From positions 89,032,001 to 89,096,000 of the forward strand of contig NW_026262734.1 in NCBI RefSeq assembly GCF_021869535.1: DNA of 64,000 nucleotides, given 5' to 3'. This DNA comes from Mytilus californianus. Its lineage: Eukaryota. The number at the start of each line of letters is the position of its first letter. The stretch's first letter is position 1. The translations under genes were made by a program, and so were the position numbers. Below are positions 50,678 to 64,000 of the stretch, piece after piece. The notes beneath the pieces were generated by a model. It had not been told where the DNA came from. It searched no databases and saw nothing but the letters and a program-made list of their open reading frames with translations.

Positions 50678-52585
50678 TCATTGTAATTTATATATTTTTA
50701 TTGAATTAGTTTTGTCAATCACTGCCAAAAGATTTCTGCAAACGATTAAACTACTCCCGTCACCAATGTAATGAGGAAGTCTAAAGGTGGACGTCGGTTT
50801 CAAACCACCCTCAACCGACAGAACACGCACTACTTGAGATTCCCGTAGGAACACATATATTTTACCATCATAATAACAAACTCCTTCACAAGTGTCATTT
50901 AAATTGAATGTCCATTTGATGCGTCCGTTCTGGTTAATGCAAGAGATAAAACTGTGTGTTTTTGTTTCAATGCTAGCTGCTATAGTCCCATTTGGAAGAC
51001 AACACAGACTTTTTAGAGGCATAATAAAAGGATTACCGAATTCGGTTGGTTCACAAAGAAAGGATTCACTAAAATGTTTCAAAACATTTCCATCAACGTT
51101 GATGATATCAATATGTGACGTTACCCCACGTGACCAATCAAAATTCGATCTCTTTTTGGAAGCACTACTAGGGCTTGAGTGACAAATGACTGCGTACGCA
51201 TAATCCGGCAAACGCGAAATATTATAATAGGCCTTATCAGTAACGGTTTTTGAAATAATGCTTAAACTTTTGTAAGTTGATAATCGAAATAGATGCGATT
51301 GTGTCCCAGGGGAAGTAACTAAGACATCGTCGTTTTCATGAATATTGGTAATATCGTATACACCTTGAATTGAAATTTCGTCAATGAACTGTTCTTTGAC
51401 AGTGACTCGGAATCTTTTTACCTTAAAGTTTGCATTGTCTATCGCAATTATTGCATATCCGTGAAGTATTAAACCCGTAAATCTTGCAGCAATTTTATTC
51501 TCTTGTCCAATTGGCTCAACTTTAATCTGAAGAAATGATTCAAGTTCAAGTGCACGAGAAGGTAAAACATCCGATGAAAATTTGATTCGCTGGTTGCATA
51601 CTGTGGCCTCCGTGTCTTCAAAATCTAATGTATTCGCAGGAACGACATGAACTGTTCCTATAGGTTGATCAACAAGTGTGTCACACAAATTTAAAAACGT
51701 TTCATTTAGTTCAAATTTTATCTCAATTGGATCATCTGATACTCCAAGTGAATTCAACAGATCAGTATTTTTCTGCAGACTTTCTGGGACGTTTGATAAA
51801 ACGGTTAACATATCCTTGGTTGAGGTTTGAGATTTTGAATATTCCACTTCATCACGGACTCGTTTTAAATCTTTAACAATTTCTTCCGTTTTTTTCTGTA
51901 GATGTTCTACGTTTGCAACGCTTTCTACTTTGTTCAGTATGTCCAAACTTTTTCGATTTACCATTTTCTCAAAATTATAAACGATGGATTTCAATCTTAG
52001 AACTGTATTTTTAATCTGCTGCCTTGATTGCTTCAAGAGTTGATCTTTTCCGATCTCTTTAGTGACGATGTCTTGTCCATAGCTAATCAGATTTCCTATT
52101 TCGTTATATGCATCTCCCAATTTCTCCCTTGCTAAGTCGGCACATTTTTTGAAATTTTTGCAATTACATTCGGTACTCCTGTGATTCTCAACAGCACATT
52201 CGGAACATATAATCTGATAACACCCGAAACAGAAAAAGTCACAAATGTTTCCTGGGTGTTCGGTACAAGGTATGGTATTTTTAGATTTTGCTTGCGTTGT
52301 GACATCACCCGAAACAGCCTGTAGCAACACTATAGCTAAATCGTCTGATGGAAAAGAATTAGCCCATTCTTCTGCTGATATATTATAAGATGGCGCTCTA
52401 ATCTCTCGTCGGTCCACGGGGCACGAAAATTTGTTAAAACGTCGTGACGAATGTATCAGCTGGGTCAAACATTCACAACATATCGTATGGTCACATGGTA
52501 ATAGTTTTGGGTCTTGCAAAGGATCTTTACATATCGGACAAGATAAATGATCAGATGCAATATTATCCGCAAGTCTTCTCTGCAT
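50678..52585 (-). CDS. TRIM-family E3 ligase-like protein, type B copy 2
   Basis: Intact 635-aa ORF colinear with 11087-12997. Same RING (CPVD) and B-box, same splice acceptor (ttctttttcag) 1 nt before the ATG. Confidence 0.9.
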   Translation of the reverse strand: MQRRLADNIASDHLSCPICKDPLQDPKLLPCDHTICCECLTQLIHSSRRFNKFSCPVDRREIRAPSYNISAEEWANSFPSDDLAIVLLQAVSGDVTTQAKSKNTIPCTEHPGNICDFFCFGCYQIICSECAVENHRSTECNCKNFKKCADLAREKLGDAYNEIGNLISYGQDIVTKEIGKDQLLKQSRQQIKNTVLRLKSIVYNFEKMVNRKSLDILNKVESVANVEHLQKKTEEIVKDLKRVRDEVEYSKSQTSTKDMLTVLSNVPESLQKNTDLLNSLGVSDDPIEIKFELNETFLNLCDTLVDQPIGTVHVVPANTLDFEDTEATVCNQRIKFSSDVLPSRALELESFLQIKVEPIGQENKIAARFTGLILHGYAIIAIDNANFKVKRFRVTVKEQFIDEISIQGVYDITNIHENDDVLVTSPGTQSHLFRLSTYKSLSIISKTVTDKAYYNISRLPDYAYAVICHSSPSSASKKRSNFDWSRGVTSHIDIINVDGNVLKHFSESFLCEPTEFGNPFIMPLKSLCCLPNGTIAASIETKTHSFISCINQNGRIKWTFNLNDTCEGVCYYDGKIYVFLRESQVVRVLSVEGGLKPTSTFRLPHYIGDGSSLIVCRNLLAVIDKTNSIKIYKLQ

Positions 52586-52974
52586 TCTGAAAAAGAATAA
52601 AAAAAATTTTTTTTTATTTCAAATATTTTTTTAAACAAAACAAGAAACACATAAGATCTAAAAATTTGCAAGTACCTGCATGCATTACCAAACCAAAAAT
52701 GCATTTCCTACAATCATTTAAACAATTATTTTGCTTTATGCCTTCATGTATACTCATGCATATTCATATAATTCTGCACCCAAATTGCACCAATTGTAAA
52801 CTTGGTTTTACTTATTTTAGTTGATCTTGCTTGATCAAATAACCGAATGACATACCACAGAGAAGGTATGCTGTCGAAAAATATAAACCCCGGAGTCAAA
52901 AGTCGGTAGTATGAAAATAGTCTATTGTGTATGTTGAGTCTTATTTAAGAAATAGTTCTATCATGCCATGATCT

Positions 52975-53118
52975 ATGCTCATTTTAACATGGGTAGGCAT
53001 TACATATGTCAATATATTTATACCGAGCATTAGCGAGGTGTAAAAGGTTGACAATATAATGCCTATCCATTTGTAAAATTTTTACAAATATAATGCCTAC
53101 CCATGTTAAAATAAGCAT
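52975..53118. mobile_element. Small inverted-repeat element (28-bp arms)
   Basis: atgctcattttaacatgggtaggcatta versus taatgcctacccatgttaaaataagcat. Confidence 0.7.
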
Positions 53119-53769
53119 TGAGCAATGCATGATGAAATTGAGAATGGAAACAACGGGGAATGTGTCAAAAAGACAACAACCCGACCAAAGAGCAGAAAAC
53201 AGCCCAAGGCCATCAAATGGTCTTCAACATAGCAAGAAAATCCCGCACCAAGAGGCGGGCTTCACCTGGCCCCTAAACAAAAATATATACTAGTGAAAGA
53301 TAGATTTATTTCGATTCTAATAGGAAAGTTTTGAACTCTTGTACTTCGAAGCGGACCTATGATACACGCTCGGAAGGCAGCCATTTTGATTTTATGAAGC
53401 CAAAACGATATAGAAAATCAACCGTTTCACGATATAAAATGAACAGATATATTTAAACTTACTTAAATTTTAGAGAGATTTTATTTAATTTTCTAGCGAG
53501 CAACACCAACACAAATGTCCATTTTGATCTCCGGCGTTGTTCAAAATTCAACTGACGTTGCAATTTCAATTGTGACGATAATCACGTGCAGCCCATGTTT
53601 TATTTGAATTAGAACATGGCTTGGTTTCCAAAGCAAAAGAAAAACTTCATATTAGAATTCTTTGTTGAGTGTCATCGGGCTTGCACACATAAAAATATTC
53701 CTAAAAATAAAATAGTTGTAAATACCTGTGTTTTATTTTTGCTTTTCTATTTATCATCGAATATTTATA

Positions 53770-56700
53770 AAAAACACCCAAGATGTCACTTAATCTTACA
53801 CATATGTACATTAAATTGTCAAGTGTTGAGAAAATATGAAAAAAGAATCAGACTAAAAGAATGGATGAGACAACAGAAATGCAATACTAGTATTATATTT
53901 TTACAAGAAAGATATTTTTCGGATAATTCTATAGATAAAGAATTCACGGGAAAATTATATCATAGTTTTGGAAGTACACAATCAAGGGGTGTTTCGATTT
54001 ACATCAACAAAATAATTAAACATGAAATTATTGAAAAGTATGTAGATCAAGAGGGAAGAATTGTTTTAATCAACATAGAAATTGATAAAAAATATATTTA
54101 CTTTTGTAAACCTTAACGCCCCAAACACATGTTAAGATAAACATATATTCTTTAAAAAAGCTCTAAATGTCATTGAAAAATATAGTCTTGGTGTAATTAT
54201 CATAGGGGGAGATATGAATGAGACGCTGAATATAAAAGAAAGAAAAAGTAATAGAAAAGATAAACAAAAAATAAAAAATAAGACAAATGCGGTGAAAATT
54301 TGATTAAAAAAAAAGTTATAGACATTTGGAGAGTAATAAATCCAAATAAAACACAATATACCTGGAGAAAACAAAATAATGAAGTAGCTAGTAGAATTGA
54401 ATATTTTCTAGTCAGTCAAGAAGTGGGACATACGGTAGTCCACACTGGTATAAAACCCGCTACAATTCAAAATATAACCCATTTGGCGATTTCACTTAAG
54501 ATCAATCATTGTCAGGGGGGAAAGGAAAGGGATATTTCAAATTAAACAATAGTGTTCTTAAAGACGAATCATACATAATAAAAATACACACTTTAATAGA
54601 TAAATATGAAAAATTAAGAAACCGAAAAAGCTTAGCAATCGTGTGGGATCTGTTTAAAATAGAGGTAAAGGAGACAACTATTGAACGTTGTAAAATTAAA
54701 GCTAAACATAACAGAGGTGAAATTGAAAAATTAGAACAAGTACTAAAACTTTTGAATGAAATTCATGAAAACAACCTTGATGAAAAGAAAAATAATTTGC
54801 CCAACATAATAGATTCAATAAAGAAAACCGAAGAAAGGCTACAAACTCTATATTCTGATAAAGTAAAAGGAGCACAAATAAGATCAAAAGTTAAATGGAT
54901 AGAAGAAGGCGAAAAAATACAAAATACTTTTTGGGATTAGAGAAATGGAGACAAACAAAGAAAAATATTACTGCTATTAGGGACAGTGAAGGGGAAATAA
55001 CTGAAGATCAAGGTAAAATATTAGAAACGGGGAGGAATTAATATGTAAATTTATATACGTCAACTAAGCCAGATTTAGGTAACATTGAGAATTATATTGA
55101 AAATACAAAAATATACTGAAAACTATCTACACACGAAAGTAATGAAGTCGAAGGAAAGCTGACAATAGAGGAATGTACAAATTATGTCTTTAAAATGAAA
55201 CTTAACAAAACATCGGGTATCGATGGTCTTCCAATTGAATTTTATAGATCTTTCTGTTCCAACTTACAATATTTTGCTGTAGATGTCTTTAATAATTGCT
55301 ATATGAAAAAAGAATTGACAAATTCACAGAAATGAGGATTTTAAAAATTACCCTTATTTACAAGAAAAATTACCCTTTAAATGTAGACAATTATAGACCA
55401 ATTACATTTTTTTTTTTTTTGTGTACTTTATTAAATGTCGATACCAAAATTATAGCATATTCTCTTGCACAAAAACTTAAACCAGTATTGCATGAAATCA
55501 TTCACAGTGATCAAAACGGGTACGTAACAAACAGATATATTGGGTTTAATATTAGACAAATCCAAGATATTACACATGTATAGACTATTAAAAAAAATTC
55601 AACGTAGATGGGGCAATCCTTTTTTTAAAGATTTTTCAAAGGCATTTGACTCGTTAGAATAGGAATTTATGTATTGTTCATTAAAGAAATTTGGCTTTCA
55701 GAATTCTTTACTGAAGTGAATAAATACTTTATATACAAATATAAAGGGTTGCATGTTAAATAATGGTTGGATTTCAAGAGCGTGGTATCCGTCAAGGGTG
55801 TCCCGCGAGTTCTTTAATTTTCGTTATTGCTGTTGAAATTTTAGCCTGTAGATTAAGAAAAGATAAAAAATTTAAAGGTTTTCAAATCAAACTAGATAAT
55901 AAAACACATACTCTAAGGTTAATCCAGCTTGCAGATGACACCACTTTATTTTTAAATTCAAAACAAGAAGTTTCATTAACTTTGAACATTATCGAAATTG
56001 TCGGATCACTTTTAGGCCTAAAGCTTAATCGAAATAAAACCGATGGGATATGGCTCGGAAATTCAAAGTGTGAACACAAGAACCGATAAAAGTATTAGAA
56101 ATATATTTCGGACTTTTATAAAAATGAGTGTAAAAAATTAAACTTGCAAAGACAATACGAAAAATCTGAAAAAATAATTAAAGACTAAATAAAAGAAAAT
56201 TAACTATGTTAGGTAAAATAACTCTTGTTAAATCATTGATCCTTCCGAATATCACTTATGTTGCATCAGTTACAAAAATTGATAAAGAATACCTTGCAAA
56301 ATTTAAAAAAAAAATATATAGTTTTATATGGAACAATAAACCAGAAAAAGTTAAAATAGTTATAATAAGTAAAAATAATCATGCTGGCGGGCTTAAATTG
56401 ATAGACATAGATAACTATATAGAATCCATAAATATTAATTGGGTAAAAAGACTCATTGATAATGAAGACTCATCACCCAATTGGACAGTCTTACCAAAAT
56501 TTTACCTAGACAAATTTGGACAAGAATTCCTTATATTTAAAATGAACTTTAACAATATTATTTTGATTAATACACTATACGAAATTGTTCCAGAATTTTA
56601 CTTAAAAATAATCATCTCATAGATAAATTCAGAATCAGAAAAAGAATCATATAAACCTATTAGAAAGCAATTTTTATTAGGCAATAAACAAATCAAATTA

Positions 56701-57790
56701 AATGGTAAATGTCTTATTTTCAAAAATTGGATAAACAGTAAAATTGTATTTGTAAATGACATGATTGATGATAAAGGAAAAATTAATCAAAATAAGATTT
56801 TAGATAAACTATCTTGCCATGCTTATTGGTTTTCGGAATATACTTAATTGATGAAAGCAATACCAAAACAGTGGTTACAAGAGCTAAATAAAAGAAGAAT
56901 CAATTAAAACAAAAGTTGCTACCGACTCCGAGTTTAAACTTCAAGATAGAGAAGGAAAAATGGTATCAATAAACACATTTTCCTCCAAAGATATTTACAT
57001 CTCCCTTTTAAATAGATATTATGAGAAAGCAATAGGATTTCAAAAATGGGACATAATTCTTAATTTAGATAACAATACAAGGAAAAGAGAACAAATTTTG
57101 TACTTTATCTTTAACTATATCCAAGATAATAAATTGAGAATGTTAAGATGGAAATTTCTACATTACATTTTACCAACCAAACAATTACTTTTCTCTTTGA
57201 AAATAACTAAAACTCCTTTATGTAATATATGTAATTGTCATTAAAGATTATGAACATTACTTTTTGACATGCAAATATCTGAAATTATTTTGGGATCAAA
57301 TAAAACTAATACTAGATAAACTTAAAATAGGACATCTTATAATATCACTTGCATCAATTTTGTATGGATACAAGATAAGCGATACAAATTACTACAATAT
57401 TAACGACTTTCTAATAATTATACTTTTTACTATATATAAAGTATATTATATATCAGAACAGAAAACAAAACAAATTTATGTGTTTGAAATTTTTAAAAAT
57501 GAACCTCTCTAACGTTACGAAATATTGACAAATAAACAAGGCAAATATAAAAACTTCTACAATTTGGTTGCAGAAAAAATTAATTTATCTTCTTAAATTC
57601 AAATTTATAATATATCATATTAGTTTCTTTTTAATCTGTTGCTTATAATTTGTTAGCTAAATTGTATATTGTGTACTAACAAGTACTAACCTTATCACTG
57701 AAATGCTATATACTAACGTTAACGAGGCCGGGATAAGGTATCGGTACTTTATGTATCTCTAACAAATGTACATTTCAAATAAACAAAACC
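53770..57790 (+). mobile_element. Decayed L1/Tx1-clade non-LTR retrotransposon ORF2 (APE, RT, C-terminal zinc motif)
   Basis: TLNCQ.LR..IIFLQE, RGVSI, EGRIVL, IIGGDMN, DIWRVINP..YTWR, YFKLNNSVL, GAQIRSKVKWIEEGEK, YRPIT/LLNVDTKI, DQNGYV, RQGCPASSLIF, QLADDTTLF, CNICNC..HYFLTC. Many stops and frameshifts. Confidence 0.9.
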
Positions 57791-58989
57791 AACTTTATTT
57801 CTATCCAAAAAGCTAAATAAAAACTAATTATTCAACACAGTTCAATCTATTTGATACTGTATTGCCATTTTCAAATAAATTTGAAGGTAGTTTTGTTTTC
57901 GAAGTAATTTGAAAGGTTATTGAACAAACAAAAAATTCGGAAGTAGCAACAGTCGGTTTCTAACATACGTGTAAAGGAGTAAGAACCGAAAAGTATCAAT
58001 TTACGAGTAATGCTACACATTTATCTCCAACCTCCGAAGCAAGGTTATCGGTTCTCCGAACTTTCCCGATGTCCTGCGTTTAATTGATTGCCGAGTTTAT
58101 GAGCTTCGGTTCTTGCTTGGAAGTTGATTTATCTAAGATTAATTCCAGTAACAAGTCTGGTGTCATGCAATCTCGGTATATATCTTATGATCTCTTATTA
58201 ATTGACGAAAATGTAAGAAAGGTGATAATGGAATTATGAGATATAATGATTTTTGTTTGTTTGTCTGTTTTCTTAACGTACAGTGATACATAGTTCATAC
58301 AGATCTAAGACGAAAACACTTCAATCATTTTGTGGTAGGGGTGAGCAGATTAGGCATTGAGTATCCAACCCTTTTCCAATATAATGTGAATAACAAACAT
58401 AAATACCCTATCATATATTTTGTGATAAGAATATTCCTATAGCTATCATGCTAACGCTATTCATGGAGAGAAGAATCAGAGAAAATAGACTTAGATTTAC
58501 GACTGTAGCTTTAATCGCATCTGTGAAAAAATCGATATATACTTAGTTTCAGATACTTATGATTGAATCAGGAACAATCTCATATATTTCCTCTTCATTT
58601 CCCGACACTTACTTGCATAATCCAGGATTGAGGAAAGCAATGATCATAATCATAATTTTTTCTTCAAACGGTTAAAACCATTCTGTGATTGACAATTTTA
58701 TGAAAATTTAGCTGTTAAAAACGAAAGTAGAAAGCACAAAATTGTTATTTATGACCTTAAGTCGATTCTAACCGGACGTTTTGAGAATGTTCGACCCTAT
58801 CATAAATTTTCTAATTTTGTCGAGCCGCAGTGGAAATTCTGCTTAGTTTTCGTAATACATGAACTTTCAACATCAAAACCAATAATCAAGGTTCGCCCAG
58901 TACATATATCGTACATTGTCAAAAAATCAATATTTTCTTGATTATTATGACTGATGTTCTTCATAAGAATAAACTACATAGTATGTATT

Positions 58990-59270
58990 TAGTATTACTT
59001 ACATTTTACTCATTATGTTTACTCACAACGAATTTAGGTTATACACAAAGAATTCAATGCAGAATCGAAAGTACAATTATGTTGAATAGTTAAAATATAT
59101 AACATGAAATGATTGTATGACGTTTATCTATACGAATAATCATGCATATGACCAATTATTTGTTTTTAAATCATTGTCAATAGTTTTCTTAAGTGATTTA
59201 AAGTTTATAGGGAAATTAAATTATACCAACACATGTATCATATACAACAGTAACTTCCTTTTAACTTTAC
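58990..59270. repeat. Further copy of the upstream non-coding module
   Basis: ttacttacattttactca, tcaatgcagaatcgaaa, gttgaata, tatgacc and ataggga are shared with 16190-16530. Confidence 0.7.
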
Positions 59271-59799
59271 AGATTTTACAAATGCAAATTTATATTTCTC
59301 AGAAAAAGTTTAGCAACACAACTTCTGCCGAAAAAAAAAGTAAAACAAAATGTAGATTTATCTTCCAAGTTTGTGTTTTCGTGATATTCAATTGTTTGTG
59401 TATTAAAAAGTACTATAGTTATGCAGTTATGTTGGTCAAATTTCAGACAGCTACGCTGATCTTGTTATATTTTGCAAATGGTCTAATTTAAAAAAATGCA
59501 TATAACATGAACAATTGACAAAGTGGCGAATTTGAAGGCATCATTGATTACCTATGAAAAAAATCTAACATTTCCTTCTCGAAATGTCTTTAAAATTTTT
59601 TTGGGAGGTTACTTTTTTACCCCCCCCCCCCCCCACACACACACACCACACCCCACACACACATTTTTATCATATTTTTTTAATTTTCTCCTTTAATCAA
59701 TGCAATAACTTTTTAAAAAATGTATTCAAATAATTTTGAGCTTTTTCTGCAAAGATATAATCTCTCAAAATTTTGCCAATAATTTCTTTCAAAAAGTAA

Positions 59800-60090
59800 C
59801 TAATCTGTGGGATAACTGTCGATTCGAGATTTAAAGAAAAATCTCTTCATATATCACTCGAAGCAGGATCTGCTTACCCTTCCAAAGCACCTGAGATTAT
59901 CCCCGTTTTTTGTAAGGTTCGTGTTGCACATTCTTTAGTTTTCTACGTTGTGTTTTTGTACTGGTTTTTGTACTGGTTTTTGTACTGTTGTTTGTCTTTT
60001 GGTCTTTTTCTCTTTTTTTGCCATGGCGTTGTCAGTTTATTTTCGACTTATGAGTTTTAATGTCCCTTTGATATCTTTCGCCACTCTTTT
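59800..60090 (+). repeat. Dispersed repeat family B copy
   Basis: gcaggatctgcttacccttcc..agcacctgagatta...gccatggcgttgtcagtttattttcgacttatgag. Confidence 0.6.
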
Positions 60091-61639
60091 ATAAGTGATG
60101 TAAACATACATCATAGCTTTCAAATATTTTAGTTTGAGCATTCGGGACGAAGATAAATTCCAGAATTCGGACGTTTATGTTGATAAAAAGTAAGAAAATT
60201 GTATTTACAAGAATTCTCAAAAGATATAACTATTTTAACAAGAACTAGTTTGGTCTTCATGAGAACTGAACACAAGTGTACGGGCTTTTTTTTATATATT
60301 CACAATATTTTGTATGTTTCAATAACACCATTGAAATTTCCTTTGTGACTTTATTAAAACAGTTTCAATCTTTGCTGCATGCTATTTGATTTTTAGTTGT
60401 ATTTCTTTTAGTGATTATTGTGGCATAGCTTTGTACCGTTGGTAAAATTGGTACCGTTTATGTTATTCGAAGATATGCGGAGCAGTTGTGTATTCCTGTG
60501 ACATACATATAAACAGCATATATCATAGGACTTTGTTCTCATAGCAACAATTCAAACTAATTTTACACAAAACTCAAATAACCTACCGTTCTTGTCGTTT
60601 GTAATATTAAGAGAAAATTTGTATCATTATTTGAAGGTCAGAATGTTTTTTTTTTTTTCAATTCTGTATTCTTTAATTTTAAGGCCATTTTTCTCTAGTT
60701 TTTATACATTTTGCTTGTTATTCTTCATTCTTTAATTTCAGCACCTTCATTATAAAAATTCTCTGTTTTAAAGTTTTATCCTGTTTTTCTCTATTTATAT
60801 TGTGTGTCCTTTTTTCTACACTTTTTACCCATTAATTTCTATTCTTTAGACCCAATCCTGACCCTCTCATACGATAATGCTTTTTGTGTTTCATTTGTTT
60901 TTCTTTATAAAAATAATGAAATGTGGTATGATTGCATATGAAAGAACTATCCACCAGAGCTCAAATGAAGTGGATGTATGCACTTATAGGCCACCGTAAA
61001 AAGGTGCGTTCGGCAAAAGATTTTACAACCCTATAAAATAACAGAAAAAAGCATTCAATTCTTATGCTGCAACCATTAAATCACGTGTTATGTCAAGTTT
61101 GTTCGTTTGTTTTCCTATGCATTTTTGTGACGTTGTCAAGGGAAGCACGTGCAATCGTGAATGTTGCATTTTTTGAGAAATAAACTATAATTTTGGAATT
61201 AATACATTGCGATTGCATTGTTGTCAGCCGATGAAAATTACTGATTCTTGTGAAACTCACATGTAATGTAATTTTTCCTAAATTAAGTGTTACATTAAGA
61301 TCAGTCTGGGTTTAAACAAAACATACCTGACTTTTCAAATAATGTAGTCAATTGCCCTCCAAAAATCAGGCTTAAGTTACAAAAAAAAAAACCACTAAGT
61401 TTAAAACGTAGTAAAATTTTACATGTCATATAAACCGAATTCACTAATCCTTCCAGTTTTAACAGATAAGACAGTTATCTTGTTTGCACTTGGTATTTAA
61501 TGTAGATCACCTTAATAGAAGATAATTACACACGATAGACATTCCTTCGGTTGTATCCTGCGAACGAAAGGCCAACAGTTCCAACTCTAAACAAACAGGG
61601 GACACGGTAAACTCCCCAAGTCTGGAAGAACATGATTTA

Positions 61640-61880
61640 TTTAATAGTTTTTGGTTTTGAACTAGCTTTCAGTAACTGTATGTTAGTTGTGTTTTGTGCT
61701 CCGTACCGATCGCGTTCTATTGATTTAAGCCTTTTGCTATTGAGTTTTACTGTTGGTTCTTGTGTTGTGCTGTTACACAGTTTAGGGGAGAGTTGAGCGC
61801 TCACAAAGTTTAACATGCTAAAACCCGCTACATTCTTCATGTGCCTGTCCCAAGTCATGAGCCTGCAATTCAGTGGTTGT
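61640..61880 (+). mobile_element. Internal fragment of a Naiad-like 3' tail (no SECIS)
   Basis: ttttgaactagctttcagtaactg...gtgcctgtcccaagtca...tcagtggttgt matches 31555-31850. Confidence 0.6.
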
Positions 61881-62247
61881 TGCTTTCCTTTTATCTGAAA
61901 TCGGAGCCTTAATAAAACAAATCAATAACAAGAGACTTTTTTCCTGAGGGTGTAATATCTAAACTGAATTGCACTTGTTCATCATCCCATTACAAATTCA
62001 TTAAACAGTCTCGCTAGTCATGTCATTTTATTGTTCCTAAATCAAATACAAAATTATACAAAACAGGTTTTTTTCTTTTAGTAGTCCAAAAGAGTGGAAT
62101 TCACTATCTCGTAAAATTAAACAAATCAAATTGTATCGGCATCTAGATACTTTTACAAGTCATTATATTTTTAATAAAGTGTTGATTTTGTAAGTTTTAC
62201 CACAATGTATACATGTACCATAGTTGTTAAATATCGTGATAAATGAC

Positions 62248-62783
62248 ATTATTACGTGATTATTTCTGTATTGGCTTTGTTATTGGTTCGAGACTTGCTG
62301 TAGTGTGTAGCATCACCACCTGATATAGGTACTCCTGAAGCAAAGACACAATGATAACAAAAACTATCTATTTTATTTCCCGTACAATACACAACTATTT
62401 TCCGTAAATTTATCCGTTTACGTGGATTTCTCTGTGTAAACAATAGTTACTCCGAAATACATGCAGTGTTGTTAAAGCCTAAATATAATATAATTTTCTT
62501 CTACGAAAACGTTTTGAACATGTACCACCCGGTCCAAATCTGATGGTTTAAAGAGAGAGGAAGCCAATTAAGGATCATAACCAGCCCTAAATTGTAGTTA
62601 CATTATTAGGAATCAATATCACAAAACTTTACTTGTCAGCAAAAAGTAGAATATAATAAAGATAAGAAGAATTTGACCTTACCTGACTTCAATTTGTTTC
62701 CATCACTTCGGGGGTACCTATATCCGTTGTGAATGCGTCACTATGAATGACAAGGCCAATACAGAAATAATCACGTAATGATA
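62248..62783. mobile_element. MITE-like element with 25-bp perfect TIR core
   Basis: attacgtgattatttctgtattggc (62251-62275) is inverted at 62755-62779. Additional inner inverted match tataggtac..c.gaag. Confidence 0.75.
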
Positions 62784-64000
62784 TCTTTATTTATCAACCT
62801 CTGTTTTTGTTTATTTTTTTCTTTTCACAAGATTTTTACATCTTCAACCCAGAACTGGAACTATCCCAATCTGAGTTTTCTTTTATAAACTGCAATGTCA
62901 AATGATCCGGTGCTGTTTCGAGGTATCATTTATAATTTCTGTTTCTGGAGACAAGACTGAGGATATTTTCACCCTTTTTCAGTCACTATATGTATTTCAA
63001 TTCATATGTAGACGCAACACACAAATAGTGATTTGAAACGTACTGCTTTTGCATGAGAGATATAGAAATAAAAAATAAATAAAATTAGGAGTAACATATG
63101 ATTGCCAATGAGACAACTATCCTTCGACACCAACTTACCACAGAACAAAGACGTAAACAATAACAGGACATTGTGTTGCCTTCAACAATTGATTTGCCTG
63201 GGTCGGGTTGAAAAATAAATGACACCTTACAAAAACATGAGAAGCGAAAGTAAACAGTAAATCAAGTTGCACCCATTAAACTGTTAAAATGTTTTAAATA
63301 GTTATGAGGTCGACATGGAATGATTTTTGTGATAATCTCTACAGAATCGTTGCCCAAACCTGAATTATTAAATAATCAGCTGAAAAAAGGTTTTTTAATG
63401 TGATCGTGTATTCAGTCTGCAATATTGCCACACCAAACGTTTAGGCATGTTTATTGTATGTAAAAAGTAAAATAACAAAAATACCGAACTCCATGGAAAA
63501 TTCAAAATGAATAAAGGAAGACTCATCAGTTTGGGTGTAGATAGCTCTAAGAAGAATTCTATATGGTTTAATTTAATATATAGGGCAATCTCAAATAAAT
63601 ACCTTACAACATATAAACCATATAGTAATTCACAATACACACGTACTAAGAACGATAACTTTAATTATCTCCATATAAATGAAATCAAATATAAGTTATC
63701 CAATTAGTAAACTTCAGTTTGAAATATACTGAAATTGATAAAATAGGTTTTACTACAAATCATAAGTATCTCTACCGAAGTCTATATCCGGTAACTGATC
63801 AAATAATATTACAAATATCAGTAACACCTTGTGCCAACGATCATATATGCTGAAAAGCATTATTTGCTTAAAGTATTAAAAAAATGATTTGAAAATTTGC
63901 AGATAATCGTAAACTAACAATTAAATTGGGTCTTTCAAAGGTGTAAATGTTAGTTTCGTCAATTTTATGTTAACCATTGTTTTGTGCATATTCTTGGGCT

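Overview
AT-rich eukaryotic genomic DNA. The repeat families and gene types point to a marine bivalve, probably a Mytilus-type mussel (inference, not verified). Host genes are a minus-strand cluster of TRIM E3-ligase-like genes, each encoded in one coding exon: type A (242-2203), a decayed type A paralog (about 6762-8644), and two type B paralogs (11087-12997 and 50678-52585). The rest is mostly transposable elements. (1) A Penelope-like retroelement with permuted domain order (N-terminal GIY-YIG, then RT; Naiad type) at about 20941-25200 on the minus strand. Its decayed ORF has five in-frame TGA codons, four at positions where Cys is expected, and its 3' UTR folds into a form-2 SECIS-like hairpin. 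Two more copies of that hairpin (29680-29745, 31451-31518) show compensatory base changes. Together this suggests a selenocysteine-recoding retrotransposon whose SECIS-bearing 3' tails are scattered through the window. (2) A complete-looking 6.9-kb Kolobok-type DNA transposon (38031-44933, TTAA target duplication, about 43-bp TIRs) with an 8-exon THAP-transposase pseudogene and a convergent KolX / P2X7-ballast-like gene. (3) Two decayed non-LTR retrotransposons, one further RT fragment, Helentron-like non-autonomous elements with satellite-like cores, several MITEs, SINE fragments and a degenerate minimal hammerhead ribozyme. All of this was read by eye with no database searches. Element boundaries not marked by TIRs are approximate.
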